IMG/VR virus record: IMGVR_UViG_3300036830_000392
Location: 4,848-68,847 of that record
Source: a virus
Length of the DNA: 64,000 nt
Reading direction: 5' to 3' (one strand)
A program made the translations under genes and the position numbers. Each line of letters opens with the position of its first letter. Position 1 is the stretch's first letter. A model generated the notes under the pieces. The model made no database searches. It worked only from the letters and a program-made list of their open reading frames with translations, and was not told the origin of the DNA. Positions 27,591 to 35,892 of the stretch are shown one piece after another.

Positions 27591-27910
27591 CGCAAATCCT
27601 CAATCAGCCGCTCAACCGCCGCCGCGCCTTCGGGGGTGATGAGGCCGAGGAGGCGTTGGCGGTCGAGCCATGCTTCGGCGTCTTCGATTGTCGAGTCATC
27701 GAATGGGCCAGTGTCGCCGTCCTGCTCGGGCGGCGCGTGCAGGTCTTCCAAATCGCCGAGTAAGCCTTCGACGACAGAAGCAGCGCGGTCGACGTCGCCA
27801 AGGGCATTGGTGATGTCGGTGCGCAGCTTGCGGGCCTTGACCTTGATCAGGCCGGGTGGCGTCAGGTGCGCGCCGGGGAGCGCAGGCTGCTGTGCGTGAG
27901 ACTTCGCCAT
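27587..27910 (-). CDS. Hypothetical protein
   Basis: Coupled start MAKSHAQ. Confidence 0.55.
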   Translation of the reverse strand: MAKSHAQQPALPGAHLTPPGLIKVKARKLRTDITNALGDVDRAASVVEGLLGDLEDLHAPPEQDGDTGPFDDSTIEDAEAWLDRQRLLGLITPEGAAAVERLIEDLR

Positions 27911-28395
27911 TACGCCGCCCTCCCTTCGCCCAGCACCCGCGCGCGCAGTTCCGGTTCCGCCGCAAGCCGCGCTTCGAACTTGCGCACACCAAAGATAACG
28001 GTCGCGTGGTCGCGTCCCCCGAACGCCATCCCGATGACGGGGAAGCTGGCCTTCGTCTCCTGGCGAATCTTCCACATCGCCTCATGGCGCACCGACGAAA
28101 CCAAGGTCAGTCGCGACGGGCCGGTCAGCTCCTTGGCCGCGAGTCCATGCGCGCGGGCCGTTGTCTCGATGAACGGGAGAAGCAACTGCGCCTGCCGGTA
28201 GCGGGACAGCGTCTGCGTCGGGAGCGGCCGCTTCGCGGACTCGACCGCCGCGATTGAAAGCTGCGCCGATGCGCGGGGGTGCCGACGGCGCTCGTCGTCC
28301 ATCGCGAACACGGACCGCAGCGACACGGCGATGCACTTTTCGCGCTGATAGACCTCGCTGAAGACGGAGGCGAGGAGATCGTAGTCGCGCTTCAT
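27910..28395 (-). CDS. DnaA domain-IV-like HTH protein
   Basis: RHEAMW...SFPVIGMAFGGRDHATVIFGVRK. Confidence 0.85.
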   Translation of the reverse strand: MKRDYDLLASVFSEVYQREKCIAVSLRSVFAMDDERRRHPRASAQLSIAAVESAKRPLPTQTLSRYRQAQLLLPFIETTARAHGLAAKELTGPSRLTLVSSVRHEAMWKIRQETKASFPVIGMAFGGRDHATVIFGVRKFEARLAAEPELRARVLGEGRAA

Positions 28396-28673
28396 GACTC
28401 CATCTCCGCCACCACCGACCGCCACCGTTCGACGAACGCCACTGGGTCAGCCGTCGCCGCGGGGTCGCGGAGTTGCTCGACGAAGCTGCGCGCGATGGTG
28501 TCGCGCAGATCGCCCGCGAGGCGGAGGACGACGTGGTCGCCGGGGAGGAAGCCGGCGGCGGTGAGGCCACGGCGGAAGCCGCCGGGCGACTGGCCGGGGA
28601 TGGCGACCGACAACTCACCGGGGACGGAGCGGGAGGGGACGATGGTTAGGGAGAGGGAGGGAGCGCGGGTCAT
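28392..28673 (-). CDS. Hypothetical protein
   Basis: ATGA coupling on both sides. Confidence 0.5.
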   Translation of the reverse strand: MTRAPSLSLTIVPSRSVPGELSVAIPGQSPGGFRRGLTAAGFLPGDHVVLRLAGDLRDTIARSFVEQLRDPAATADPVAFVERWRSVVAEMES

Positions 28674-29131
28674 TGCGTCGCCTCACGAAGCACGCGGCAC
28701 CAGCGCCGTTTCTGATCAGGCCGTTTGGCGGGTGCCCGTCGACGTGATGGGCGGTCATGCTCACCGCCGGCTGTGACGCCTTTGTCGGTGAAGTTCGCCG
28801 CGATCAGCGACGTCCCCGGCTCCTCAGGAAGCGTGTACGTCCACGCCTCGGTGTAACCCAGCGCCTTACCCGCGCGGCAGAGCGCGCCGTAAAGCATGGT
28901 GCAGGCGTTGTGATGGCCGGGGCACACCGCGATTCGCGTGATGACGAAACGTCCAGTACCCTGCCAGACGCGAGCTGGGTTGCCGGCGACGCCGACGCCG
29001 ACCACGGACCGATCGGAGTCGACGACCGATGTCGCGAACAGGCCACCTTGAAGTTTCGGCAGATGCCGATGGGTCGCGGCGACGAAGCGTGCGGCGGCCT
29101 TTACGGTGCAGGGCCAGACCGAGAGCGTCAT
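28670..29131 (-). CDS. XF1762-like (GNAT/Mom-like) protein
   Basis: FVAATHRH, GVGVAGNP.R, NACTMLYGA..RAGKALGY and YTLPEEPGTSL motifs. Confidence 0.75.
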   Translation of the reverse strand: MTLSVWPCTVKAAARFVAATHRHLPKLQGGLFATSVVDSDRSVVGVGVAGNPARVWQGTGRFVITRIAVCPGHHNACTMLYGALCRAGKALGYTEAWTYTLPEEPGTSLIAANFTDKGVTAGGEHDRPSRRRAPAKRPDQKRRWCRVLREATQ

Positions 29132-29421
29132 CTGACACCCGCCCGCGCGAACTCCCGAATCAGGTCGAGGCGCAGGCGCACGCGGACCAGATCCAGGTCG
29201 ACGACGGTTCGCGCGCGGCGAAAGCGGGGGCGGTAGACGGCGGAGAGGCGCCGCTGGATGCGCTCGATGGCGGCGCGCTCGGCGGTAGACCCGGGGCGTA
29301 GGCGGGGAGGTCGCCCTTTTCCGGAGCTGTGCTTGGGGGTGGTTTTTCGGAGGGGCGAGTAATCCGCGGACCTACGATCCGCCGGACTGACCGTCTGGCT
29401 AAGTCCCGTGGCAATCGACAT
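29128..29421 (-). CDS. Hypothetical basic protein
   Basis: AGGAG RBS before MSIAT. Confidence 0.5.
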   Translation of the reverse strand: MSIATGLSQTVSPADRRSADYSPLRKTTPKHSSGKGRPPRLRPGSTAERAAIERIQRRLSAVYRPRFRRARTVVDLDLVRVRLRLDLIREFARAGVR

Positions 29422-29613
29422 CGTAACTCCTACGGTTCCGAAAATCCTCGACGAACCCAGTCCCACCCGAAAACGTCGAATCGGCCAGATTTGCCAACCA
29501 TGACGGGCTCGAGAGCTTTCGGGGAGGCTGCGGTCGTCGAGAATGATCGCTTGATCATGGTTGGCCCGCGTACAGTCGCACGGCCGAAAACATGGCGTCA
29601 AGACGAAATAGAG

Positions 29614-30708
29614 TCATCCCTCATTGTTTTTCGCTCGACGGGTACTAAATTCCCGCGCCGCTCGGGCGGGTGGTCGTCGCGGGCCCGCCGCGATCGCCTC
29701 GTCGTTCTTCGCCTTCATGAGATCGAGATCCGTCTCGTCGACGTGCATGTAGCGGCTGGCCTGGCTGAGGGTCACGTGGCCAGACGCACGCATCACCACC
29801 ACCATCGGGTTCCCATTCTGAATCGAGCGCGTGATGTGCGTGTGGCGGGTGTCGTGATAGTGGACGTTCCCGTCTCCCTCGGCAGCTTCGAGTTTCGCAT
29901 CTGCGCAGGCGCTGCGGAACAGATCCCAAAAGTACGTCTTGCCGAACGGCAGCCCGGTGTCCGAATTGGCAAAAACGTACTGGCTGAAGACCGAGCGCGG
30001 CAGTTCGTCGATGGCGTCGAGGGCGCGTTCGCTGAGCCGGGCAGATCGACTGCGCTTTGTCTTGGCGACGGTCCATGAGATCCGCACCCGACCGCTGTCC
30101 TCGATCTGCGACCACTTCAGATTGCGGACCTCGCTCTTACGCATGCCGCTGTCGATCGCGATCAGGATGAACGCGCGTAGCAAGACGTTCGAAAACGACA
30201 GCAGCTTCTCCAGCCCCTCGTCGCCGATCACCGTCTCGCGAGCCGGCCGCCCACGTTCTTTCTTCACCCGAGCGAGAGGGTTCGCGTCGATCAGTTCCTG
30301 ATCGACTGCCCAGTTCAGCATCGTCTTGAAGCGGACCAATTCCATGTTGCGGGTCGTGACGCTGGGGGCGGCGCCCAGGCGCGTGATCCGCTTGCGGCAG
30401 ATCTGGTCCCGGTAGAACGCCCAGTCGGAACGGCGCATCTCGGTGACTTCCCGGTCGGCGAAGTGCTTCAGCGCCCATTTCATCAGGTCACGGACAGACG
30501 TGGCCCACGTCTCAGCCTCGAACGTCGGGTAGTAGAGCGCCCAGAGCCGGGATACCAAGAGGGGCTGCCTCGGCCGGGTTGGAATCGCCGCTGTGGCCCC
30601 CTGCGGCCCCATCCGTCCCACCATCTCGGTGAGCACCCGATTCTGCTCAGTCAGGGCGGCAATCTGCGCTTGAAACCCAAGCAGCAGTTGTTTTACGTCT
30701 TCGTCCAT
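29614..30708 (-). CDS. Tyrosine recombinase / integrase
   Basis: SGMRKSE (R), KTK (K), HDTRH (HxxR), GH and RY catalytic residues. Confidence 0.93.
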   Translation of the reverse strand: MDEDVKQLLLGFQAQIAALTEQNRVLTEMVGRMGPQGATAAIPTRPRQPLLVSRLWALYYPTFEAETWATSVRDLMKWALKHFADREVTEMRRSDWAFYRDQICRKRITRLGAAPSVTTRNMELVRFKTMLNWAVDQELIDANPLARVKKERGRPARETVIGDEGLEKLLSFSNVLLRAFILIAIDSGMRKSEVRNLKWSQIEDSGRVRISWTVAKTKRSRSARLSERALDAIDELPRSVFSQYVFANSDTGLPFGKTYFWDLFRSACADAKLEAAEGDGNVHYHDTRHTHITRSIQNGNPMVVVMRASGHVTLSQASRYMHVDETDLDLMKAKNDEAIAAGPRRPPARAAREFSTRRAKNNEG

Positions 30709-30896
30709 ACAGTCGGGCGTGTGAGTGTCCCGCAGGACAAAAGCACTTGGAACAGTCTGGAATTTCGGACAGTGGCGTAACTTATTGTCCTTCGCGCACT
30801 GTCATTTTCGACACCGTCACGAACCTGACGACGGCATCCTGGAGCGGCCACTTGGGGGCGAAAGAGCACCGCGGCGAAGGAGTGAAACCGGTTTCA

Positions 30897-31151
30897 TCAC
30901 CGCAACTTGTTTCGGGCGCCGCTGCGCGTCCGAGTTTTCGCGGCGCTCTTCTTCGGCCTCATCCGCATGCGGGCGCCGCGCTCGGTGATCCCGTCCCAGT
31001 GCCATGCATGGCCGTGTTGATCGACGAGAACGGCGTTCAGGACCGTTGGAGCCTTACCGGTGCCCTTGTATCGCGGATCGGACACTGCGACGACGGCGAC
31101 GGCGACGAACTTAATGGTCCGCTGCGGGTGGGCGACGGGGGCGATCGGCAT
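30897..31151 (-). CDS. Hypothetical protein
   Basis: Own sigma70-like promoter TTGACC-16-TACCAT. Confidence 0.5.
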   Translation of the reverse strand: MPIAPVAHPQRTIKFVAVAVVAVSDPRYKGTGKAPTVLNAVLVDQHGHAWHWDGITERGARMRMRPKKSAAKTRTRSGARNKLR

Positions 31152-31188
31152 GTTCCCTACATGGTACAGATGTGGGGAACACGGTCAA
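31151..31188 (-). promoter_or_regulatory. sigma70-like promoter overlapped by a 31-bp imperfect palindrome
   Basis: TTGACC(31188-31183)-16-TACCAT. Palindrome tgttccctacat-N7-atgtggggaaca. Confidence 0.55.
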
Positions 31189-31203
31189 CCTACATCTGGC
31201 GAC

Positions 31204-31575
31204 CTACGGCCTGTCGCGCCAGACGCGCCGGGGCACACCGTAGGCCGCGAGGGTGCGGCGCCATTCGGCGCGGGCCGGGCGGAAGTGATCGCCGCCGGCC
31301 CAAGCCTTCTTGATCTGGTCCGGCGAGGTCTTGCAGATGCTGGCGGCCGACGCGACTGTCAGACCGGCCATGAGGATGGCTTTGTGCGCGGGGTCCGGGT
31401 TGTCGCCCAGCTTGGTCAGCGCGATCCGCAGCGCCCGAATGTCGATCCCCGCGCTCGCCTCCGCCGCCGCCGCCGCCAATACCGCCGCGTCTGCCTTTTG
31501 GCGCAGACGTCGGGCGAGGCGCAGCGCCTTGGGATCCACGCCGGCACGGTAACGCCGGGGATCCAGCACCGCCAA
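31204..31575 (-). CDS. Hypothetical protein
   Basis: Follows the zinc-knuckle gene after 3 nt. Confidence 0.55.
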   Translation of the reverse strand: MAVLDPRRYRAGVDPKALRLARRLRQKADAAVLAAAAAEASAGIDIRALRIALTKLGDNPDPAHKAILMAGLTVASAASICKTSPDQIKKAWAGGDHFRPARAEWRRTLAAYGVPRRVWRDRP

Positions 31576-31578
31576 TTT

Positions 31579-32982
31579 TTACAGGGCGACGGCGCCGCCC
31601 AGCGGGGAGTCGCGGTGCTCGGGCGGGTCTTCAACGTCGAGCGCGGCGGCCGACTCCTTCGCGCCCACCAGGCCACGCACCTCGATTTGGCGGATGCGCT
31701 CGCGGGTCAGGTTCAGCGTCTGTGCGACAGCCTCCAACGTGATCCCCCCGCGGTCGGCCACGTCCAGGGTGCAGCTTTCGCGCATCTGCCCGACCTCTGC
31801 GTAATTGAATTTGATCGCCCCGCTGTTCTCGTCGACGTCGAGGAATAGGTTGTGGCGACAGCTGATGAACGGGCACGGGCGGATGCCGTTATTCTGGCAG
31901 TCGCCTCTGGTGCGCGGGCGAGCTGGCAGATCGCCAGGCTCCTCGTCGGGCTGGATGACACGCAGCGCCCGGCGGATCTCGCGGCGCATCTTGGCCGGGC
32001 TCTCGGTGAAGGGGCGGAAATCGCCATCAAACGCCGATTTATGCGATTCCTCGACGTCGTTATGCGCCTCGGCCTCTATAAAATCCACGGGAGGCTCGTC
32101 GGCAACCAAGTCGGTCAGATCCGCCTCTTCGTCGCGGTCGACGAACACGGGCGGCGGCAGCGCCCGACGGTGGGACAGTTCGCCGGGGGCACGCTTCGGC
32201 TCACCGCCGAGCTGCGGGCACGTCTGGCGGCGGTGGCCGGGCTTGCGGCAGACCGAGCAGCAGCGCTGGCCAGGCGCGGCCTTCTCGTTTTCGGCCCTCA
32301 CTTGAGGCGGCAAAACGGGAACGGCTGGCGGCGCCGGAGCCGCCAGGCATGCGTCGTAGACGTCTTCCGGCGCGCCGGCGTCCGCCACCACCGGCGCCGC
32401 CACCAGGTCGACCAGTTCCGTCTCCACCGGCCGCAGCGGGCAGGTTTCCCGGCGGTGCCCAGGCTCGCGGCAGATGCCGCACCGGATCTGCGCCGGGCGC
32501 TTCGGCTTGATCGCCGGCGGTGGGACCCCGGGCCGGTCGGCCTTGAACTTGGCGCAGGTGACGATCTGATGGCCGGGTTCCTTGCACCACCCGCAGTGGC
32601 GGCCGCCCGGCGCCGGCTTCTCTGGACACTCTGGCATCCGATGGCCGAGGCGGCGGCAGCGCCGGCAGAGATCGGCGCGGGCGCGCATCGACGCTTCGCC
32701 GGGGTCGACGTCCGTCGGGCGAGCCGGACAGAGCCGCGCCACGTGACCGACCTCGCGGCACCATGCGCAGCGCTTCGGCTGGCGCTCGACCTCAGGACAG
32801 TTGCGCCGATCGTGGCCGGCGACACCGCAGCCGGTGCACGCGCGCGGGCTCGGCGGCAGCTCGACACGAAGGACTTCTGGATCCTCCGCGATCGTCGCTC
32901 CGGCCGACAGCCATGGGAACTTCTTGCGGAGCCATTCGATGCGACGGCTATCTGACGCAGGCGCGGCGCCATCGGCGGACAT
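31579..32982 (-). CDS. Six CCHC zinc knuckles fused to a Cys-rich plus sigma70 region-4-like HTH (paralog A)
   Basis: Six CX2CX4HX4C units. C-terminus [24 protein letters not shown]...[33 protein letters not shown]. Confidence 0.85.
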   Translation of the reverse strand: MSADGAAPASDSRRIEWLRKKFPWLSAGATIAEDPEVLRVELPPSPRACTGCGVAGHDRRNCPEVERQPKRCAWCREVGHVARLCPARPTDVDPGEASMRARADLCRRCRRLGHRMPECPEKPAPGGRHCGWCKEPGHQIVTCAKFKADRPGVPPPAIKPKRPAQIRCGICREPGHRRETCPLRPVETELVDLVAAPVVADAGAPEDVYDACLAAPAPPAVPVLPPQVRAENEKAAPGQRCCSVCRKPGHRRQTCPQLGGEPKRAPGELSHRRALPPPVFVDRDEEADLTDLVADEPPVDFIEAEAHNDVEESHKSAFDGDFRPFTESPAKMRREIRRALRVIQPDEEPGDLPARPRTRGDCQNNGIRPCPFISCRHNLFLDVDENSGAIKFNYAEVGQMRESCTLDVADRGGITLEAVAQTLNLTRERIRQIEVRGLVGAKESAAALDVEDPPEHRDSPLGGAVAL

Positions 32983-32990
32983 CGATCGGC

Positions 32991-33019
32991 ACCCTACGCG
33001 CGAGGGGAGCGGACTCCAG
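32991..33019 (-). promoter_or_regulatory. Phage late-type promoter motif upstream of the zinc-knuckle/sigma4 gene
   Basis: gaatCTGGAG-17-TAGGGT-8-ATG. Confidence 0.7.
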
Positions 33020-33037
33020 ATTCAGACGCCGGCAAGA

Positions 33038-33301
33038 TCAGGGCGGGGATTCAATTCCATCGATCAGAATGTAAAGCCCCGTCGGAATCGGCCCTCGTCG
33101 CGGAATCGGTGGCACGGCCCCGTGGACTACTTTGACATCCCGAGTCCCGAGTCGTTCGGCGATGGCATCCAGATTTTCAAGAGAGATGTGGTCGACGTTC
33201 TTCGAAAGACAAACGTACATTCGTCCGTGATCGGATCGCGTGAAATGATGGATCGCTGAATCCGGAAGAACCTCCCGCACGCCTCGCTCGGCTTCGCTCA
33301 T
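33038..33301 (-). CDS. Hypothetical protein
   Basis: MSEAERGV start with ATGA overlap. Confidence 0.5.
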   Translation of the reverse strand: MSEAERGVREVLPDSAIHHFTRSDHGRMYVCLSKNVDHISLENLDAIAERLGTRDVKVVHGAVPPIPRRGPIPTGLYILIDGIESPP

Positions 33302-33712
33302 CGCTTCGGCTTCCCTGGCCCGCCCAGGTCGAAGTCCATCGCGAGCCCGTCCGGGCCGGGCGCGTAGTGGCCGAAGGCGCGCTCTTGTGTGCCGAGCCTT
33401 GGATCGTCGATCGGGAACTCGTCGCTGTCGGCGATCAGGCGTCCCCTCACCATCGGTAGGCAGTCGACGATCTCGACCGTCCCCAACACCGCGCCGACCG
33501 GCAGATCGGCCGGCGTGTTGAATCCGAGGCGCGCGAGGGGCGCTGGCGAAAGGCTGGGTGAAACAAAGGTGCCGTTCGTCGATGTTCATCTTCGCGCTGG
33601 CGTGCACCGCGAGCGGGCCGCGGTGGGGCGTCGACCAGCTGCGCGTCTCGATGATCTTGGCGCCGGCGACGAAAAGGGAGGCCCATGGCTGGCGGAGCGT
33701 GATGCATTTCAT
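33298..33712 (-). pseudogene. Frameshifted ASCH-domain gene
   Basis: LRQPWASL..GAKIIETRSW...GPLAVHAS in one frame and LPVGAVLGTVEIVDC...ERAFGHY in another. One extra base in the GGGG run at 33537-33540. Confidence 0.7.
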
Positions 33713-33981
33713 GGCTGCCGCTCCCAGTTGGAAAGTTCATCGACATCGACACGGTGATCGTAGTGGCTCCTCGATCCGAACTCCCGCAGCCAAACATCGC
33801 CCAGTCGCGACGCACCCGAGCAGAAGAATCGCCGCCCGCGCCAGGTCACGATCGGCATGTGCGACTCCAGCCATCGGTGGTCCTTGTCGAGCGCCGGCCG
33901 CCTGGCGTGTTCCAGGAATTCCTTCGCGATCGGGTCGGCGCGTTCGCTGTCCAGGTAGTCGTCGACGTGGGTCATGCGCAC
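33709..33981 (-). CDS. Hypothetical phage protein
   Basis: THVDDYL...GASRLGDVWL...RVDVDELSNW. Confidence 0.65.
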   Translation of the reverse strand: MRMTHVDDYLDSERADPIAKEFLEHARRPALDKDHRWLESHMPIVTWRGRRFFCSGASRLGDVWLREFGSRSHYDHRVDVDELSNWERQP

Positions 33982-34196
33982 TCCGAGTCATCATGGCCGT
34001 CGTGGCCGTGGTCGTTATAGAAAGGGTCATCGTCTTCCTCGTCGCAGCCGCAGATGGCCTCGTCCTGCATCGAGTAGCCGTTGCCCGAGCAAAAATCGCA
34101 GGGACCCAGGACGTCGCGTCCGCTGGTGTTGCAGAAGAAGCATTCGACTTCTTCTGGCACAAACCTGATCTCCTCCTTGCAGTCGCCACAGATCAT
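33972..34196 (-). CDS. Small DnaJ-type zinc-finger protein
   Basis: CFFCNTSG...CDFCSGNG. Confidence 0.55.
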   Translation of the reverse strand: MICGDCKEEIRFVPEEVECFFCNTSGRDVLGPCDFCSGNGYSMQDEAICGCDEEDDDPFYNDHGHDGHDDSECA

Positions 34197-34218
34197 TCGC
34201 CCACTCCGCGGTTGCTCT

Positions 34219-34485
34219 TCACCCGAACAAGCTCGCGCCGGGGGTTTGCCGATAGAGCGCTTCCAGGTCGCGGACCGCCGCAAGATGGGCGTCGGCGATC
34301 TGATCCCAACCGTCGATCCGGGCCTGCTGCGCTCGGCGGTTCAGCGCAGAGACCGCTTCAAGAAAGGCGGCGTTCCAGCCCTCGGCGGCGCCGGCGGCGC
34401 GCATCTGACGATCTCGCGCTTCGATCTTCGCGGCGTCGGCCTCGGGCGCCATCAGCTCGTGGGCGAATTCCAGTGCGGTGGTCAT
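34219..34485 (-). CDS. Hypothetical protein
   Basis: Coupled ORF. Confidence 0.5.
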   Translation of the reverse strand: MTTALEFAHELMAPEADAAKIEARDRQMRAAGAAEGWNAAFLEAVSALNRRAQQARIDGWDQIADAHLAAVRDLEALYRQTPGASLFG

Positions 34486-35702
34486 CGGGGGAACTCCCTC
34501 GGCCAGTCGCCTGGTATCTCGGATAGGTCTCCGCCCTTGCGATCGCGGAGTATCAATGGGTGATAAGCCGCGCGCAAAACGGCTGCCAACGCCTCGGCCT
34601 TGGCCTGCTCGATCGTCGGCTCAGTGTCGTTCTCGCCTCCGACGCCATTGCGATCCCATGTGTGCCATGTCCCATTCGGCCAAACCGTTGCGGCGTGGCC
34701 TCCATCAGGGGCTTTCAAATGGAGTTCTCGCCTCCCCCGAATGTCGGTGAGACACGTCTCGGTCCAAGTGAATTGCTGGCCGTCGATGGGGCGGGACCCA
34801 TACTGCTTCATGAACACGGACACGCCCGCCGCCTTGCACTGCTCAATGACCGACCGCGCCCATGCCAGGTTAAACGGGCGCGCGCCGGGGCCCGACTCGC
34901 CGCCGATTACCAGCCAGTCCAGGTATGGACCCCGCGATGGAGAGCCCTGCGCCCAAGCAAAACATTGAGGGCAGGCCTTGCCGCCACCAGGGACCTCAAC
35001 CGATCCAGTTCCGTCGCAGCGTCTACACCCGAGGTATGCACGAATATCTAGCGCGGCCAGCGCAGGCTCGTAACTCACCCACCGCACCGCAGCTGGCGTC
35101 TCCAGCAGCAGCGGGATCCGCTCGTCGGCGGTCGCCTGGTTTTCGACGGAGACGCCCAGATTGACGTTGGGCAGCGGCCAGGGTGGTGTCGGCTGCTGGT
35201 TCGCGGCGAGCATCTCCTTGATGAGCCCGCGTCGGTTCGCGTGGATCATGCATCCCGCGACGGCGTCGCATGGGGCCACGGTTCGATCTGGACCGACGAG
35301 GCCGCCGATCCACCCAAACCAATCCCGCATCCGCTGCGCCCGCTTCGTTAGCACCTGGAACGTGTGTTGCGGTGCCGCCGCCATCACGCCGAAGACCGCC
35401 GCGATATCCTGATTGGTCAGCCCATCGTGAAAAAGGTCCGACATTGAGTTGACGAAAATGCGCCGCGGTTTCTTCCAGCGCAGCGGGTCCGCCAGGTGTT
35501 CCGGGACCATCCGAACCTCGCCGGTCCAGCGCGCTCCGTTCTTCCCGATGCGCGCCAATCCTTCGTAGGGCAACCCGGGTCCGCTGAAGCGCGCCGCTAC
35601 CTTCTCGGCGTAGCAGTTTTCGCACCCGGCCGAGACGCGCGTGCACCCGCGCACCGGGTTCCAGGTGGCGTCGGTCCATTCGATCGACGTGTCGTTACCC
35701 AC
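34482..35702 (-). CDS. Phage gp37/gp68 (DUF5131) radical-SAM-like protein
   Basis: IEWTDATWNPVRGCTRVSAGCENCYAE, FVNSMSDLFH, QVLTKR and IGGESG motifs. Confidence 0.92.
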   Translation of the reverse strand: MGNDTSIEWTDATWNPVRGCTRVSAGCENCYAEKVAARFSGPGLPYEGLARIGKNGARWTGEVRMVPEHLADPLRWKKPRRIFVNSMSDLFHDGLTNQDIAAVFGVMAAAPQHTFQVLTKRAQRMRDWFGWIGGLVGPDRTVAPCDAVAGCMIHANRRGLIKEMLAANQQPTPPWPLPNVNLGVSVENQATADERIPLLLETPAAVRWVSYEPALAALDIRAYLGCRRCDGTGSVEVPGGGKACPQCFAWAQGSPSRGPYLDWLVIGGESGPGARPFNLAWARSVIEQCKAAGVSVFMKQYGSRPIDGQQFTWTETCLTDIRGRRELHLKAPDGGHAATVWPNGTWHTWDRNGVGGENDTEPTIEQAKAEALAAVLRAAYHPLILRDRKGGDLSEIPGDWPREFPR

Positions 35703-35892
35703 GGGTCGCCTCCACGATGCTATTCCAGTCGATGGCCTCGTCCTGGATTAGGGCTATGAAGTGATGCTCGCCATACTGAACTTGCATCCCGACATGCAGG
35801 GCCTTGGCGTTGTCCGCTTGCATCGCCATCGCGCGGATCATCGCGCGCGCAACGGCGGCGTTTACTCTTGCAGCTTTCAATTCCTCACCCAT
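35695..35892 (-). CDS. Hypothetical protein
   Basis: GGAGG RBS. Coupled. Confidence 0.5.
   Translation of the reverse strand: MGEELKAARVNAAVARAMIRAMAMQADNAKALHVGMQVQYGEHHFIALIQDEAIDWNSIVEATRG

Noticed and set aside
33038-33712. 224-aa track ORF as one gene
   Set aside because: It is a chimera of the ASCH 5' half, an out-of-frame middle and the next gene.
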